A stretch of 64,000 bases of DNA from a bacterium (GTDB lineage Bacteria; Zhuqueibacterota; Zhuqueibacteria; Residuimicrobiales; Krinioviventaceae). Location: contig CAXXFV010000009.1 in assembly GCA_963674595.2 (NCBI GenBank), positions 1 through 64,000 of the forward strand. Direction: 5' to 3'. Positions 29,935-39,311 of this stretch are shown here, one piece after another. The notes under the pieces are model-generated. The model was given only the letters and a program-made list of their open reading frames with translations, made no database searches and was not told the DNA's origin. Made by a program: the position numbers and the translations under genes. Position 1 is the stretch's first letter. Each line of letters starts with the position of its first letter.

Positions 29935-32900
29935 ATGCACAAATTTTTTTCAGTACTGATTTGCACATTGTTGGTTTGCCTGGTGTCATTTCCTGCTCTG
30001 GGCCAGGAAGCAGAACCAAACAACACAATTGCTACAGCCAATGATTTAAATCTTAATGAATTATTAAATGCCCAATTTTCTCAAGATGACACATTGGATG
30101 TTTTTAAAATTTCAGTGGATGATACCAAGATGTATACCATTGCCACTGTAACAGATCCAAATGTATTCAGCGCAAAAACCACCATTAAAATGGATGTTGT
30201 AGACGTCAATGATATATCTATCCTGACAGCAGATCCATCAAGTCGATATGATGCGATGGGTGCCCGTTTAACAGGGTGGGTTCCGCCTGCAACAGGTGAA
30301 TATTATGTCAAAGTATGGGCATCACCTGACAAAATTGCCGAAGCAACAGATCCAAGTTACGGCATGCGTTTATGGTACGGTACACCGGTAGCAGATGCAT
30401 TGATACCGCATGAACCGGATGATACGGTAGCAGAAGCCGCCTTATTACCTGCAACGCCGACAGATGGTACCATGATCCGTGGTTATCTGTACAACAATTA
30501 TGTTGAAGGTGACAGCATTGATACCAACTGGAATGACTTTGACTTGTACAAAGTTGAAGTACCTGAAGCCGGTATGGTTATGATAGCTGAAACTTTTACC
30601 TCAGCCCGTTTATATGGCCATCCGGAATGGATTCGTGATCTTGATACGGAAATTCGTTTACTGCTTGAAGACGGTACCGAAACAGACATCAAGAACGATG
30701 ATAAAGATGCCTGGGCCGGAGATCACTGGGAAGATGATTTACCAGGATGCAGCAACACATATTCACGTTTTGTATCTCCTGGATTCCCTGCAGCCGGAAC
30801 TTATTATGTACGAGTAAACTCTTATTACAACAGCATTATTCGCGAAAAGAATCCTGCAAACACGGATAGAGATCCGGGTGGCGGCGAATATATGTTCTCT
30901 GTAAAATTATTAGCAGCCGATGATCCGAGTTTGACTGCCCAGGCATTACCGCTGAACGAACTTAAGAACAGTTCATTTACGGCAGCAGATACTTTGGATA
31001 TTTGGTCAATTTATGCAGAAAATGACAAGATGTATACTTTAGCCACTGTAACAGATCCGAATGTATTCAGCGCAAAAACCACAATTCATATGGATGTTAT
31101 GGATGAAGATGGTGTATCTATCCTGACAGCAGATCCATCAAGTCGATATGATGCGATGGGCGCTCGTTTAACTGGATGGGTCCCGCCCGAAACAGGTGTA
31201 TATTATGTTAAAGTATGGGCATCACCTGACAAGATTGCCGAAGCCACAGATCCAAGTTACGGTATGCGTTTCTGGTACGGCACACCGGTAGCAGATGCAT
31301 TGATACCGCATGAACCGGATGATACCGTAGCAGAAGCCGCCTTATTACCACCAACGCCGACAGACGGTACCATGATCCGTGGTTATCTCTACAATCACTA
31401 TGTTGAAGGTGACAGCATTGATACCAACTGGAACGACTTTGACTTGTACAAAGTTGAAGTACCTGAAGCCGGTATGGTTATGATAGCTGAAACATTTACT
31501 TCAGCACGTTTGTATGACCATCCGGAATGGATTCGTGATCTCGATACGGAAATTCGTTTGCTGCTTGAAGACGGCACAGAAACAGACATCAAGAACGATG
31601 ATAAAGATGCCTGGGCCGGAGACCATTGGGAAGATGTATTACCAGGATGCAGCAACACATATTCACGATTTGTATCTCCTGGTTTCCCTGCAGCTGGAAC
31701 TTATTATGTACGAGTAAACTCTTATTACAACAGCATTATTCGCGAAAAGAATCCTGCAAACACGGATAGAGATCCGGGTGGCGGCGAATATATGTTCTCT
31801 GTAAAATTATTAGCTGCTGATGATCCGAGTTTGACTGCTCAAGCATTACCGTTGAACGAGCTTAAGAACAGTGCATTCTCATCATCAGATACTTTGGATG
31901 TATGGTCTATATTTGCAGAAAATGACAAAATGTACACCATATCCACTGTAACAGACCCGAATGTTTTCAGCGCAAAAACCACAATTCATATGGATGTTAC
32001 GGATGCAAATGGCGTATCTATCCTGACAGCAGATCCATCAAGTCGATATGATGCGATGGGCGCTCGTTTAACTGGATGGGTCCCACCAGAAACAGGTGTA
32101 TATTATGTTAAAGTGTGGGCATCACCTGACAAGATTGCCGAAGCCACAGATCCAAGTTACGGTATGCGTTTCTGGTACGGCACACCGGTAGCCGAAGCTG
32201 CTGTTGTTCATGAACCGGATGATACGGTAGAAGAAGCCGCCTTATTGCCTGCAACGCCGACAGATGGTACCATGATTCGTGGTTATCTGTACAACAATTA
32301 TGTTGAAGGTGACAGCATTGATACCAACTGGAATGACTTTGACTTGTACAAAGTTGAAGTACCTGAAGCCGGTATGGTTATGATAGCTGAAACATATACT
32401 TCAGCCCGTTTATATGATCATCCTGAATGGATTCGTGATCTTGATACGGAAATTCGTTTGCTGCTTGAAGACGGCACTGAAACAGACATCAAGAACGATG
32501 ATAAAGATGCCTGGGCCGGAGATCACTGGGAAGATGATTTACCAGGATGCAGCAATACCTATTCACGATTTGTATCACCTGGATTCCCTGCAGCCGGAAC
32601 TTATTATGTACGAGTAAACTCTTATTACAATAGCATTATTCGCGAAAAGAATCCTGCAAACACGGATAGAGATCCGGGTGGCGGCGAATATATGTTCAAT
32701 GTACGGGTTGTCCCGGCAGATCATCCAATGTTGGCTGCTCAATCATTACCGCTTAATGAACTCAAGAACAGTTCATTTACGGCAGCAGATACTTTGGATA
32801 TTTGGTCAATTTATGCAGAAAATGACAAGATGTATACTTTAGCCACTGTAACAGATCCGAATGTATTCAGTGCTAAAACTACGATTAAAATGGATGTTAC

Positions 32901-34827
32901 GGATGAAGATGGTGTCTCTATACTGACATCTGATCCATCAAGTCGATATGATGCGATGGGCGCCCGTTTAACAGGGTGGGTACCACCTGAAACAGGTGTC
33001 TATTATGTTAAAGTATGGGCCTCACCGGAAAAGCTTGCAGAGGTTGAAGACCCAAGTTACGGTATGCGTTTCTGGTACGGAACTCCTGTCTCTGTTGCAG
33101 CAGTACCACATGAACCGGATGATACGGTTGAAGAAGCCGCCTTATTGGATCCAACTCCGACAGATGGTACCATGATTCGTGGTTATCTCTACAATCACTA
33201 TGTTGAAGGTGACAGTATTGATACCAACTGGAATGACTTTGACTTGTATAAAGTTGTAGTACCTCAAGCCGGTATGATAATGACGGCTGAAACATTTACG
33301 TCAGCACGTTTGTATGATCATCCGGAATGGATTCGTGATCTTGATACGGAAATTCGTTTGCTGCTTGAAGACGGTACCGAAACAGACATCAAGAACGATG
33401 ATAAAGATGCCTGGGCCGGTGATCATTGGGAAAATGATTTACCAGGATGCAGCAATACCTATTCACGTTTTGTATCTCCTCCGTTCCCTGCAGCCGGAAC
33501 ATATTATGTACGAGTAAATTCATATTACAATAGCATTATTCGTGAAAAGAATCCTGCAAACACCGATAAAGATCCGGGTGGCGGTGAATATATGTTCTCC
33601 GTAACACTTACTCTCCCAGCGGAACAGGAACCGAATAATGATATAGCAGATGCAAACTTGATTCTGCTTGACACAGTTACCGATGCCGCATTGGCCCCGG
33701 AAGATTCTGTTGATTACTTTAAATTTATGGCAGATACCACACGAATGTATACATTAAATACAATCGGCGTTCGTGGTGTTAGTGCAAAATCCATCCTCAA
33801 AATGGACGTTCTGGATGAAACCGGAACCAGCATCTTAAATGCTGACCCTTCCAGTCGATACGATGGTTGGGGCGCCAGATTAACAGGATGGGTGCCGCCG
33901 GCTAATGGTGTGTATTATTGCAAGATCTCTGCAGATGTTTCAGCATTTACTGAAGAATTCCCATATCAGGTCAGATTATGGTATGGAACTCCTGTTTCTG
34001 TTGCAGCGGAAGTTCATGAACCGGATGATTCTGTAGCTGTTGCGCAGAATTTTGAAACAATTGATCTTACCGCAGAACCTTTTGAACTTCGTTCTTATCT
34101 CTATGCCCCGATGTGGGACAGCCTTGGTAACCGTCATAACTGGAACGATTTCGATCTTTACAAAATCCAGTTGACCGCCGGTGATACACTTGTAGCTGAA
34201 GTTTTCACACCAGGTCCTGACAGTTGTATCCGTGATTTGGATACTGAAATTTACCTGCTGTTGGAAGACGGTACCATTACAGATATCAAGAACGATGATA
34301 AGGATGCCTGGGAAGGTGATCCCTGGGAAGACTATTTAACAGGTGTAAGCAACACTTATTCACGGTTCGTTACTCCGCCTGTTCCTGCTGATGGTATCTA
34401 CTATGTGCAGGTTAACTCTTTCTACAACAGTCGTATTCGTGAAAGAAATCCATTGACAGATCATAAAGATCCAGGTGGTGGCGAGTATCTGATTAGATTG
34501 AACCTGCAAGATGGAGTTGGTGTTAACGGAAATTCTAATGTTCTACCAACTAAATTTGCACTTAACCAGAATTACCCGAATCCATTTAATCCGACAACAA
34601 CAATCAGTTATGCATTGCCCAAGCAAGAACATGTTAAATTGTATATTTATAACATGTTAGGTCAAAAGGTAACGGAACTGGTTAATAAATCACAGGTTGC
34701 TGGTAATTATTCAGTCGTCTGGGATGCTCGTGATATCAATGGATTGGCTGTTTCTTCTGGTGTTTACTTTTTCAGAATTGAAGCTGGTACATTTACAAGA
34801 ACAAACAAGATGATTTTACTAAAATAA
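29935..34827 (+). CDS. 1630-aa secreted tandem-repeat protein (5 x ~300 aa, each with two PPC-like modules) with CTD
   Basis: Signal peptide; EPNN/EPDD...D.YK...DLDTEI.LL...NDD...GTYYVRV PPC-like motifs; QNYPNPFNP; no catalytic domain recognised. Confidence 0.85.
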   Translation: MHKFFSVLICTLLVCLVSFPALGQEAEPNNTIATANDLNLNELLNAQFSQDDTLDVFKISVDDTKMYTIATVTDPNVFSAKTTIKMDVVDVNDISILTADPSSRYDAMGARLTGWVPPATGEYYVKVWASPDKIAEATDPSYGMRLWYGTPVADALIPHEPDDTVAEAALLPATPTDGTMIRGYLYNNYVEGDSIDTNWNDFDLYKVEVPEAGMVMIAETFTSARLYGHPEWIRDLDTEIRLLLEDGTETDIKNDDKDAWAGDHWEDDLPGCSNTYSRFVSPGFPAAGTYYVRVNSYYNSIIREKNPANTDRDPGGGEYMFSVKLLAADDPSLTAQALPLNELKNSSFTAADTLDIWSIYAENDKMYTLATVTDPNVFSAKTTIHMDVMDEDGVSILTADPSSRYDAMGARLTGWVPPETGVYYVKVWASPDKIAEATDPSYGMRFWYGTPVADALIPHEPDDTVAEAALLPPTPTDGTMIRGYLYNHYVEGDSIDTNWNDFDLYKVEVPEAGMVMIAETFTSARLYDHPEWIRDLDTEIRLLLEDGTETDIKNDDKDAWAGDHWEDVLPGCSNTYSRFVSPGFPAAGTYYVRVNSYYNSIIREKNPANTDRDPGGGEYMFSVKLLAADDPSLTAQALPLNELKNSAFSSSDTLDVWSIFAENDKMYTISTVTDPNVFSAKTTIHMDVTDANGVSILTADPSSRYDAMGARLTGWVPPETGVYYVKVWASPDKIAEATDPSYGMRFWYGTPVAEAAVVHEPDDTVEEAALLPATPTDGTMIRGYLYNNYVEGDSIDTNWNDFDLYKVEVPEAGMVMIAETYTSARLYDHPEWIRDLDTEIRLLLEDGTETDIKNDDKDAWAGDHWEDDLPGCSNTYSRFVSPGFPAAGTYYVRVNSYYNSIIREKNPANTDRDPGGGEYMFNVRVVPADHPMLAAQSLPLNELKNSSFTAADTLDIWSIYAENDKMYTLATVTDPNVFSAKTTIKMDVTDEDGVSILTSDPSSRYDAMGARLTGWVPPETGVYYVKVWASPEKLAEVEDPSYGMRFWYGTPVSVAAVPHEPDDTVEEAALLDPTPTDGTMIRGYLYNHYVEGDSIDTNWNDFDLYKVVVPQAGMIMTAETFTSARLYDHPEWIRDLDTEIRLLLEDGTETDIKNDDKDAWAGDHWENDLPGCSNTYSRFVSPPFPAAGTYYVRVNSYYNSIIREKNPANTDKDPGGGEYMFSVTLTLPAEQEPNNDIADANLILLDTVTDAALAPEDSVDYFKFMADTTRMYTLNTIGVRGVSAKSILKMDVLDETGTSILNADPSSRYDGWGARLTGWVPPANGVYYCKISADVSAFTEEFPYQVRLWYGTPVSVAAEVHEPDDSVAVAQNFETIDLTAEPFELRSYLYAPMWDSLGNRHNWNDFDLYKIQLTAGDTLVAEVFTPGPDSCIRDLDTEIYLLLEDGTITDIKNDDKDAWEGDPWEDYLTGVSNTYSRFVTPPVPADGIYYVQVNSFYNSRIRERNPLTDHKDPGGGEYLIRLNLQDGVGVNGNSNVLPTKFALNQNYPNPFNPTTTISYALPKQEHVKLYIYNMLGQKVTELVNKSQVAGNYSVVWDARDINGLAVSSGVYFFRIEAGTFTRTNKMILLK
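30040..33600 (+). repeat. Four highly similar 900-bp intragenic tandem repeats (a fifth, divergent copy extends to ~34503)
   Basis: Marker ACTGTAACAGA at 30145, 31045, 31945 and 32845 gives an exact 900-bp period. Confidence 0.95.
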
Positions 34828-34854
34828 TTATCTAGTTTGCATTAACTTTACTTT

Positions 34855-34890
34855 GGAAGGGATTTGAAAATTTTTCAAATCCCTTCCTTT
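34855..34890 (+). terminator. Intrinsic terminator-like hairpin
   Basis: GGAAGGGATTTGAAAA-T-TTTTCAAATCCCTTCC perfect 16-bp inverted repeat followed by TTT, 28 bp after the stop. Confidence 0.8.
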
Positions 34891-34903
34891 AATATATCAA
34901 CTA

Positions 34904-34984
34904 AAATTTGATTTTATAAACAATGCAGTACGAATATTTAAAACTCGAAATTTGATTTTATAAATTTCCAATTTTAAATATTCG
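34904..34984. promoter_or_regulatory. 17-bp direct repeat overlapping a long hairpin
   Basis: AAATTTGATTTTATAAA at 34904 and 34948; CGAATATTTAAAA (34931) / TTTTAAATATTCG (34972) inverted repeat. Confidence 0.5.
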
Positions 34985-35056
34985 GTCCCTATACAATCCA
35001 ATTATTTTACTCCTTTTCCCTTAACTGATTTATTAAATACACGAGCGGAGATAAAG

Positions 35057-36859
35057 ATGAAACAGGTTATCGGTTTGATATTATTATGTGCTACTGTTTG
35101 TTTTGGACAAGAGTTTGCTGTTTATGAGAGTGTTGAGTATAGTCAGGTTGGTTTTAATCCTGCTCCGTTTGAAAAATGGGGAGCTGCTTTTGGTGATCTG
35201 GATAAAAACGGCTGGCCCGATATTTTTATTCTACGTTGGAAATCTCCTGGCCATAGCCAGGTTTACCTGAATCAAGATGGCGTGTTTACAGAAATTACAG
35301 ATAATACACCTCTTGAAGAAATTGAAACAGAAGAATTACAAACAGCTTCAGTAACATGTGTTGATTATGATAATGATGGTGATCAGGATATTTATTTTGG
35401 AACAGATCTACACATGCATTTATTACGCAACGACGGCAATTCTTTTGTTGATGTTGCAGCCGATGTCGGCCTAACGGCTGGTATGCCGGGTTTTGTTACA
35501 GAATATAAATTTCGTATCGGTATTTGGGCTGATTATGACCTGGATGGTGATCTTGATCTTGTTGTTGGACAACAGAACAATAAAAATGTGTTATTTTACA
35601 AAAATGAACAAGGTCAATTTACTGATGTGGCTGACCAGGTAGGTGTTGCAAATGCCGCTTATCAGCCAGGTGAATATGATTATCCTGAAGGAACCCGTGG
35701 TACCCGACATATGCAATGGGTTGATTACGACCTGGATGGTGATCCTGATTTAAATGTGGGCGGTTATCTCTATCGTAATGATGACGGATATTTTACAAAT
35801 GTATCAGAACAATTAGGCTTTTCCCCTACACAAATTCAAAATGCAGACTGGTTTGATTATGATAACGACGGCGATTTGGATTATTATAAAAATGTTGTCA
35901 GTCCCACTGCTGCTTCGACAAATGAATTGTGGGAAAATCGGGATGGGTCTTTTGTTGATGTTTCTCTGGAAACAGGAGTCGGTCTGAGAGACCGTTACCA
36001 GGGATTAAGTATTGGTGATTATGAAAATGATGGTGATCAGGACATTTTTATTCAGCTAAATACCTATACTGCTAAAGAGTTGTTGCTGCTAAATGATGAA
36101 ACAAGTCCTGGAGTACGGGCTTTTGCTGATATTGCCGAATTTATCGGCCTGGAGGTTACAGGCGACCGAAAGGGCGGTGGATTTTTAGATTATAACATGG
36201 ATGGATTTTTGGATATTTATATTCCATCAGCGGGACAATCTCATATACTTTATAAAAATTTAACCACAAGCAATAACTGGGTTGGTTGTATTCTGGAAGG
36301 AACAGAATCAAATAAAGATGCCATTGGAACATTGGTGAAAATTGTAACAGGTACAAAAACTCAAATTAGATATACAAAATCGCCAACTGGTTGGCTGTCC
36401 CAGGATAACCCGTTTGTTCACTTTGGTGTTGGTACCGCAACTGTCATAGATTCTTTAATTATTCGATGGCCATTGGGTAAAACTGAAGTTTATACCAATG
36501 TGGATATTAATCAATATCACAAGTTTAAAGAAGGAACAAATGTTGCCGTCGAATCCGATGATTCAAAAACTGTTATTCCGGAAAAGTTTAAATTATCTCA
36601 AAATTATCCAAACCCTTTTAACCCCACTACAACATTAACTTATTCTCTGCCTGAAACTGAATATGTAAAATTGAATATTTATAATATGAACGGTCAAATT
36701 ATATCTGAATTGGTTAATGAAATTCAAACACCCGGAACATATTTTCTAAATTGGGATGCAACTGACAAACAAGGGAAAAGTGTTTCTGCAGGTGTTTATT
36801 TTTATAAAATTGAAACAGAAACTTTTTCTGATGTTAAGAAAATGGTACTCGTCAAATAA
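35057..36859 (+). CDS. FG-GAP/ASPIC-UnbV protein with CTD, paralog 7
   Basis: Signal peptide; DYDNDGD repeats; SNKDAIG...HFGVG; QNYPNPFNP. Confidence 0.9.
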   Translation: MKQVIGLILLCATVCFGQEFAVYESVEYSQVGFNPAPFEKWGAAFGDLDKNGWPDIFILRWKSPGHSQVYLNQDGVFTEITDNTPLEEIETEELQTASVTCVDYDNDGDQDIYFGTDLHMHLLRNDGNSFVDVAADVGLTAGMPGFVTEYKFRIGIWADYDLDGDLDLVVGQQNNKNVLFYKNEQGQFTDVADQVGVANAAYQPGEYDYPEGTRGTRHMQWVDYDLDGDPDLNVGGYLYRNDDGYFTNVSEQLGFSPTQIQNADWFDYDNDGDLDYYKNVVSPTAASTNELWENRDGSFVDVSLETGVGLRDRYQGLSIGDYENDGDQDIFIQLNTYTAKELLLLNDETSPGVRAFADIAEFIGLEVTGDRKGGGFLDYNMDGFLDIYIPSAGQSHILYKNLTTSNNWVGCILEGTESNKDAIGTLVKIVTGTKTQIRYTKSPTGWLSQDNPFVHFGVGTATVIDSLIIRWPLGKTEVYTNVDINQYHKFKEGTNVAVESDDSKTVIPEKFKLSQNYPNPFNPTTTLTYSLPETEYVKLNIYNMNGQIISELVNEIQTPGTYFLNWDATDKQGKSVSAGVYFYKIETETFSDVKKMVLVK

Positions 36860-37184
36860 TGTTAACAAATGCTGCGGCGTTATTAATTATATAAAATATA
36901 TCCAGCATCAAAAATCAATTGTGATAAATGAAAAACAGATAAATTTTGTAATATTAAGCGCATTCCTGACAGGGGGGAAGATTTTTTTGATCGCCAAAGG
37001 GTACATTCTTATATCGGAATCACAAATTATACAAAGCCGGAAAATTCTGTACATATCGCCCGTATTTTTTCAACTTTGTGATATGTATCTACAAAACAGG
37101 ATTATAATGTCTTGAACTGTTTTTGGTTTTACCAATTTTGTTTTTATTATTTATTAAAAATCCATAAAAAGGAGAAAATTGTTT

Positions 37185-39296
37185 ATGCACATTTTGGGTC
37201 TTCACATTCTTGATGCTATTTTAATAATAGTATATTTTGTTGCATTAATATTAATAGGTCTGGTCGTTTCAAGACGTATTAAAAATCAGGAAGATTTTTT
37301 AATGGGTGGACGAAAAATCGGCACACTGCTCCAGACATTTATGAATTTTGGAATGGCGACAGGATCTGATGTTCCTGTGGGGGCCTCCCGTGAGACATTT
37401 CGTCAGGGTATGGCTGGTATCTGGGTGCACTTGTTTTCTCTTTTTGCCACACCGTTTTATTGGATTACAACTGTATGGCAACGGAGACTTCGAATTAGTT
37501 CTATGGCGGAGGTGTTTAGACTGCGTTACGAAAGCCGCCCAATGGAAACATTATACGCTGTAATCGGTATTTTTTATTTGATTGCAAATATGAGCCTGGC
37601 TATGGTAACGTTGCAAAAAACAGTGCAAATTGTTATGCCAAAAGAAGAGGCTCATCTTACAACGGAAGAGCGGCAATATATTCAAAATTTTGAAAGAATG
37701 GAAGAATTGAAATCCGTTTTGCAGGATAGAGATTTTACAGATGTTGAAAAATTAGAATATGAAAAACTGGTTGCTCAAAAAAGTGAGGGAAAAGTACAAT
37801 CAAGTGTTTCGGTTATTAATCCAACCATCTTTTTACTTGTATTGTCTGTTATTTTATTGTTTTATACGGTAGCCGGAGGAATTATTGCTGCTGCAATTAC
37901 CGATGCTTTTCAGGGAATTCTCCTAATTGTTTTATCTATATTACTTTTACCGTTCGGGTTAATTAAGATAGGGGGATTTTCCGGTCTGCATGAGATTGTC
38001 CCTGCGTCATTTTTTAATCTGTTTGGAACACTTGCAACCAGCGAATACCCCTGGTATTATGTCGCTGCACTTGTCTGTGTTGGATTAATTGTTTACGAGT
38101 CTGCACCCCAAAATCCTCAGGTAATGGGAAGCGGCAAAGATGAAGAAGCCTCGCGGCTGGGCCGTATCAACGGTAATATGATAAAAAGACTTACCGTAAT
38201 TTTATGGGGTTTTACCGGTGTTATGGGCTATGCTTTATATCGTAACCATATTTCTGATCCGGATATGTTGTGGGGATATATGTCAAGACAACTTTTAGGA
38301 CCGGGATTGATCGGATTAATGGTTATTTGTTTGTTGGCCGCTTTGCAGTCTACAGCCTCTGCTCTTTTGGTTTCTGCCAGTGCTATTTTTACCACAAACA
38401 TTTATCAACCCCTGTTTCCAAATAGAACTGAAAAAGAATATATTCTGGTTAGCCGAATTACCACTGTTGTTGTGCTTTTGGCCGGTGTTTTTATTACGCT
38501 GTATTTTCAGGATTTTTTAAGGGTCTTTAAATTGATGTTGTCTATCGGTCTTGTTTTTGGTCCCCCGTTTTGGATTGCTATAATGTGGCGTAAAGCAACT
38601 CCAAAAGCTATTTGGGTTGCCATTATTTACAGCGCACTGTTTACTGTTTTGTTGGGTAATTTTGGGCCGGATATTAAACCTATTGCCGGGTCCCAATATT
38701 TTTGCCAGACAACTTATGAAAAAAATATTACTGTTACAGCAGGAGCAACGCAGGAAGATGTCGATAAAGGACGGGCTGATGAGGTCGGTCAGGTTATTCA
38801 AAAGGAGACAAGAGTACAACCCCGTGGCGTTTATTTTGAGCATATTGTAAGGGAATATGCCAGTGATCCGAATTCACCTCTTGTCGGTAAAGGCCGTTTT
38901 CGGGCCAGTTTGATGTTGCCGAGCCTGTTGGGAATTGATTTGAAAAATATGGGAATAGGTGATTTAAATGCACTCGGTTTTTATCTGGATATACTTATTC
39001 CTTTTCTTATTATTATTTTGATTTCATTTTTTACCCGTAGAAATAACAAAGCTGTTCTGGACCAGTTTTATGGCCGCTTGCATACACCTGTTATTGGAAC
39101 ACCCGAAGACGATGCACGGGAAATGGAATTGACCCGCAAAAATCCAACACGTTTTAAAGATCAAAAGTTGTTTCCAAACAGTGATTTTGAGCTTTTAAAA
39201 CCGACAAAACGGGATATTTCAGGATTCATTGCCATCTGGGGAATTGTATTATTGGTTATTGTATTTTTATATCTTTTAACAAAAATTGGCGCTTAG
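37185..39296 (+). CDS. Sodium:solute symporter (SSS) with soluble insertions
   Basis: AGGAG SD; EDFLMGGR, YTVAGG..AAAITDAFQ, LAALQST; ~13-14 TM helices. Confidence 0.9.
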   Translation: MHILGLHILDAILIIVYFVALILIGLVVSRRIKNQEDFLMGGRKIGTLLQTFMNFGMATGSDVPVGASRETFRQGMAGIWVHLFSLFATPFYWITTVWQRRLRISSMAEVFRLRYESRPMETLYAVIGIFYLIANMSLAMVTLQKTVQIVMPKEEAHLTTEERQYIQNFERMEELKSVLQDRDFTDVEKLEYEKLVAQKSEGKVQSSVSVINPTIFLLVLSVILLFYTVAGGIIAAAITDAFQGILLIVLSILLLPFGLIKIGGFSGLHEIVPASFFNLFGTLATSEYPWYYVAALVCVGLIVYESAPQNPQVMGSGKDEEASRLGRINGNMIKRLTVILWGFTGVMGYALYRNHISDPDMLWGYMSRQLLGPGLIGLMVICLLAALQSTASALLVSASAIFTTNIYQPLFPNRTEKEYILVSRITTVVVLLAGVFITLYFQDFLRVFKLMLSIGLVFGPPFWIAIMWRKATPKAIWVAIIYSALFTVLLGNFGPDIKPIAGSQYFCQTTYEKNITVTAGATQEDVDKGRADEVGQVIQKETRVQPRGVYFEHIVREYASDPNSPLVGKGRFRASLMLPSLLGIDLKNMGIGDLNALGFYLDILIPFLIIILISFFTRRNNKAVLDQFYGRLHTPVIGTPEDDAREMELTRKNPTRFKDQKLFPNSDFELLKPTKRDISGFIAIWGIVLLVIVFLYLLTKIGA

Positions 39297-39311
39297 AAGG
39301 AGATTTTTATA

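Noticed and set aside
30498-33517. Repeated short alternative-frame ORFs (MxIRNGFVILIRKF..., MMSVSVPSSSS...)
   Set aside because: Shadows of the 900-bp coding repeats; no RBS and no independent coding signal
29935-34827. Repeats as a CRISPR array or a DGR TR/VR pair
   Set aside because: Units are 900-bp in-frame coding repeats with mostly synonymous, non-adenine-specific differences; no spacers, cas genes or RT
36756-37115. 119-aa ORF overlapping the end of paralog 7
   Set aside because: Off-frame overlap running into intergenic DNA; no motif or RBS
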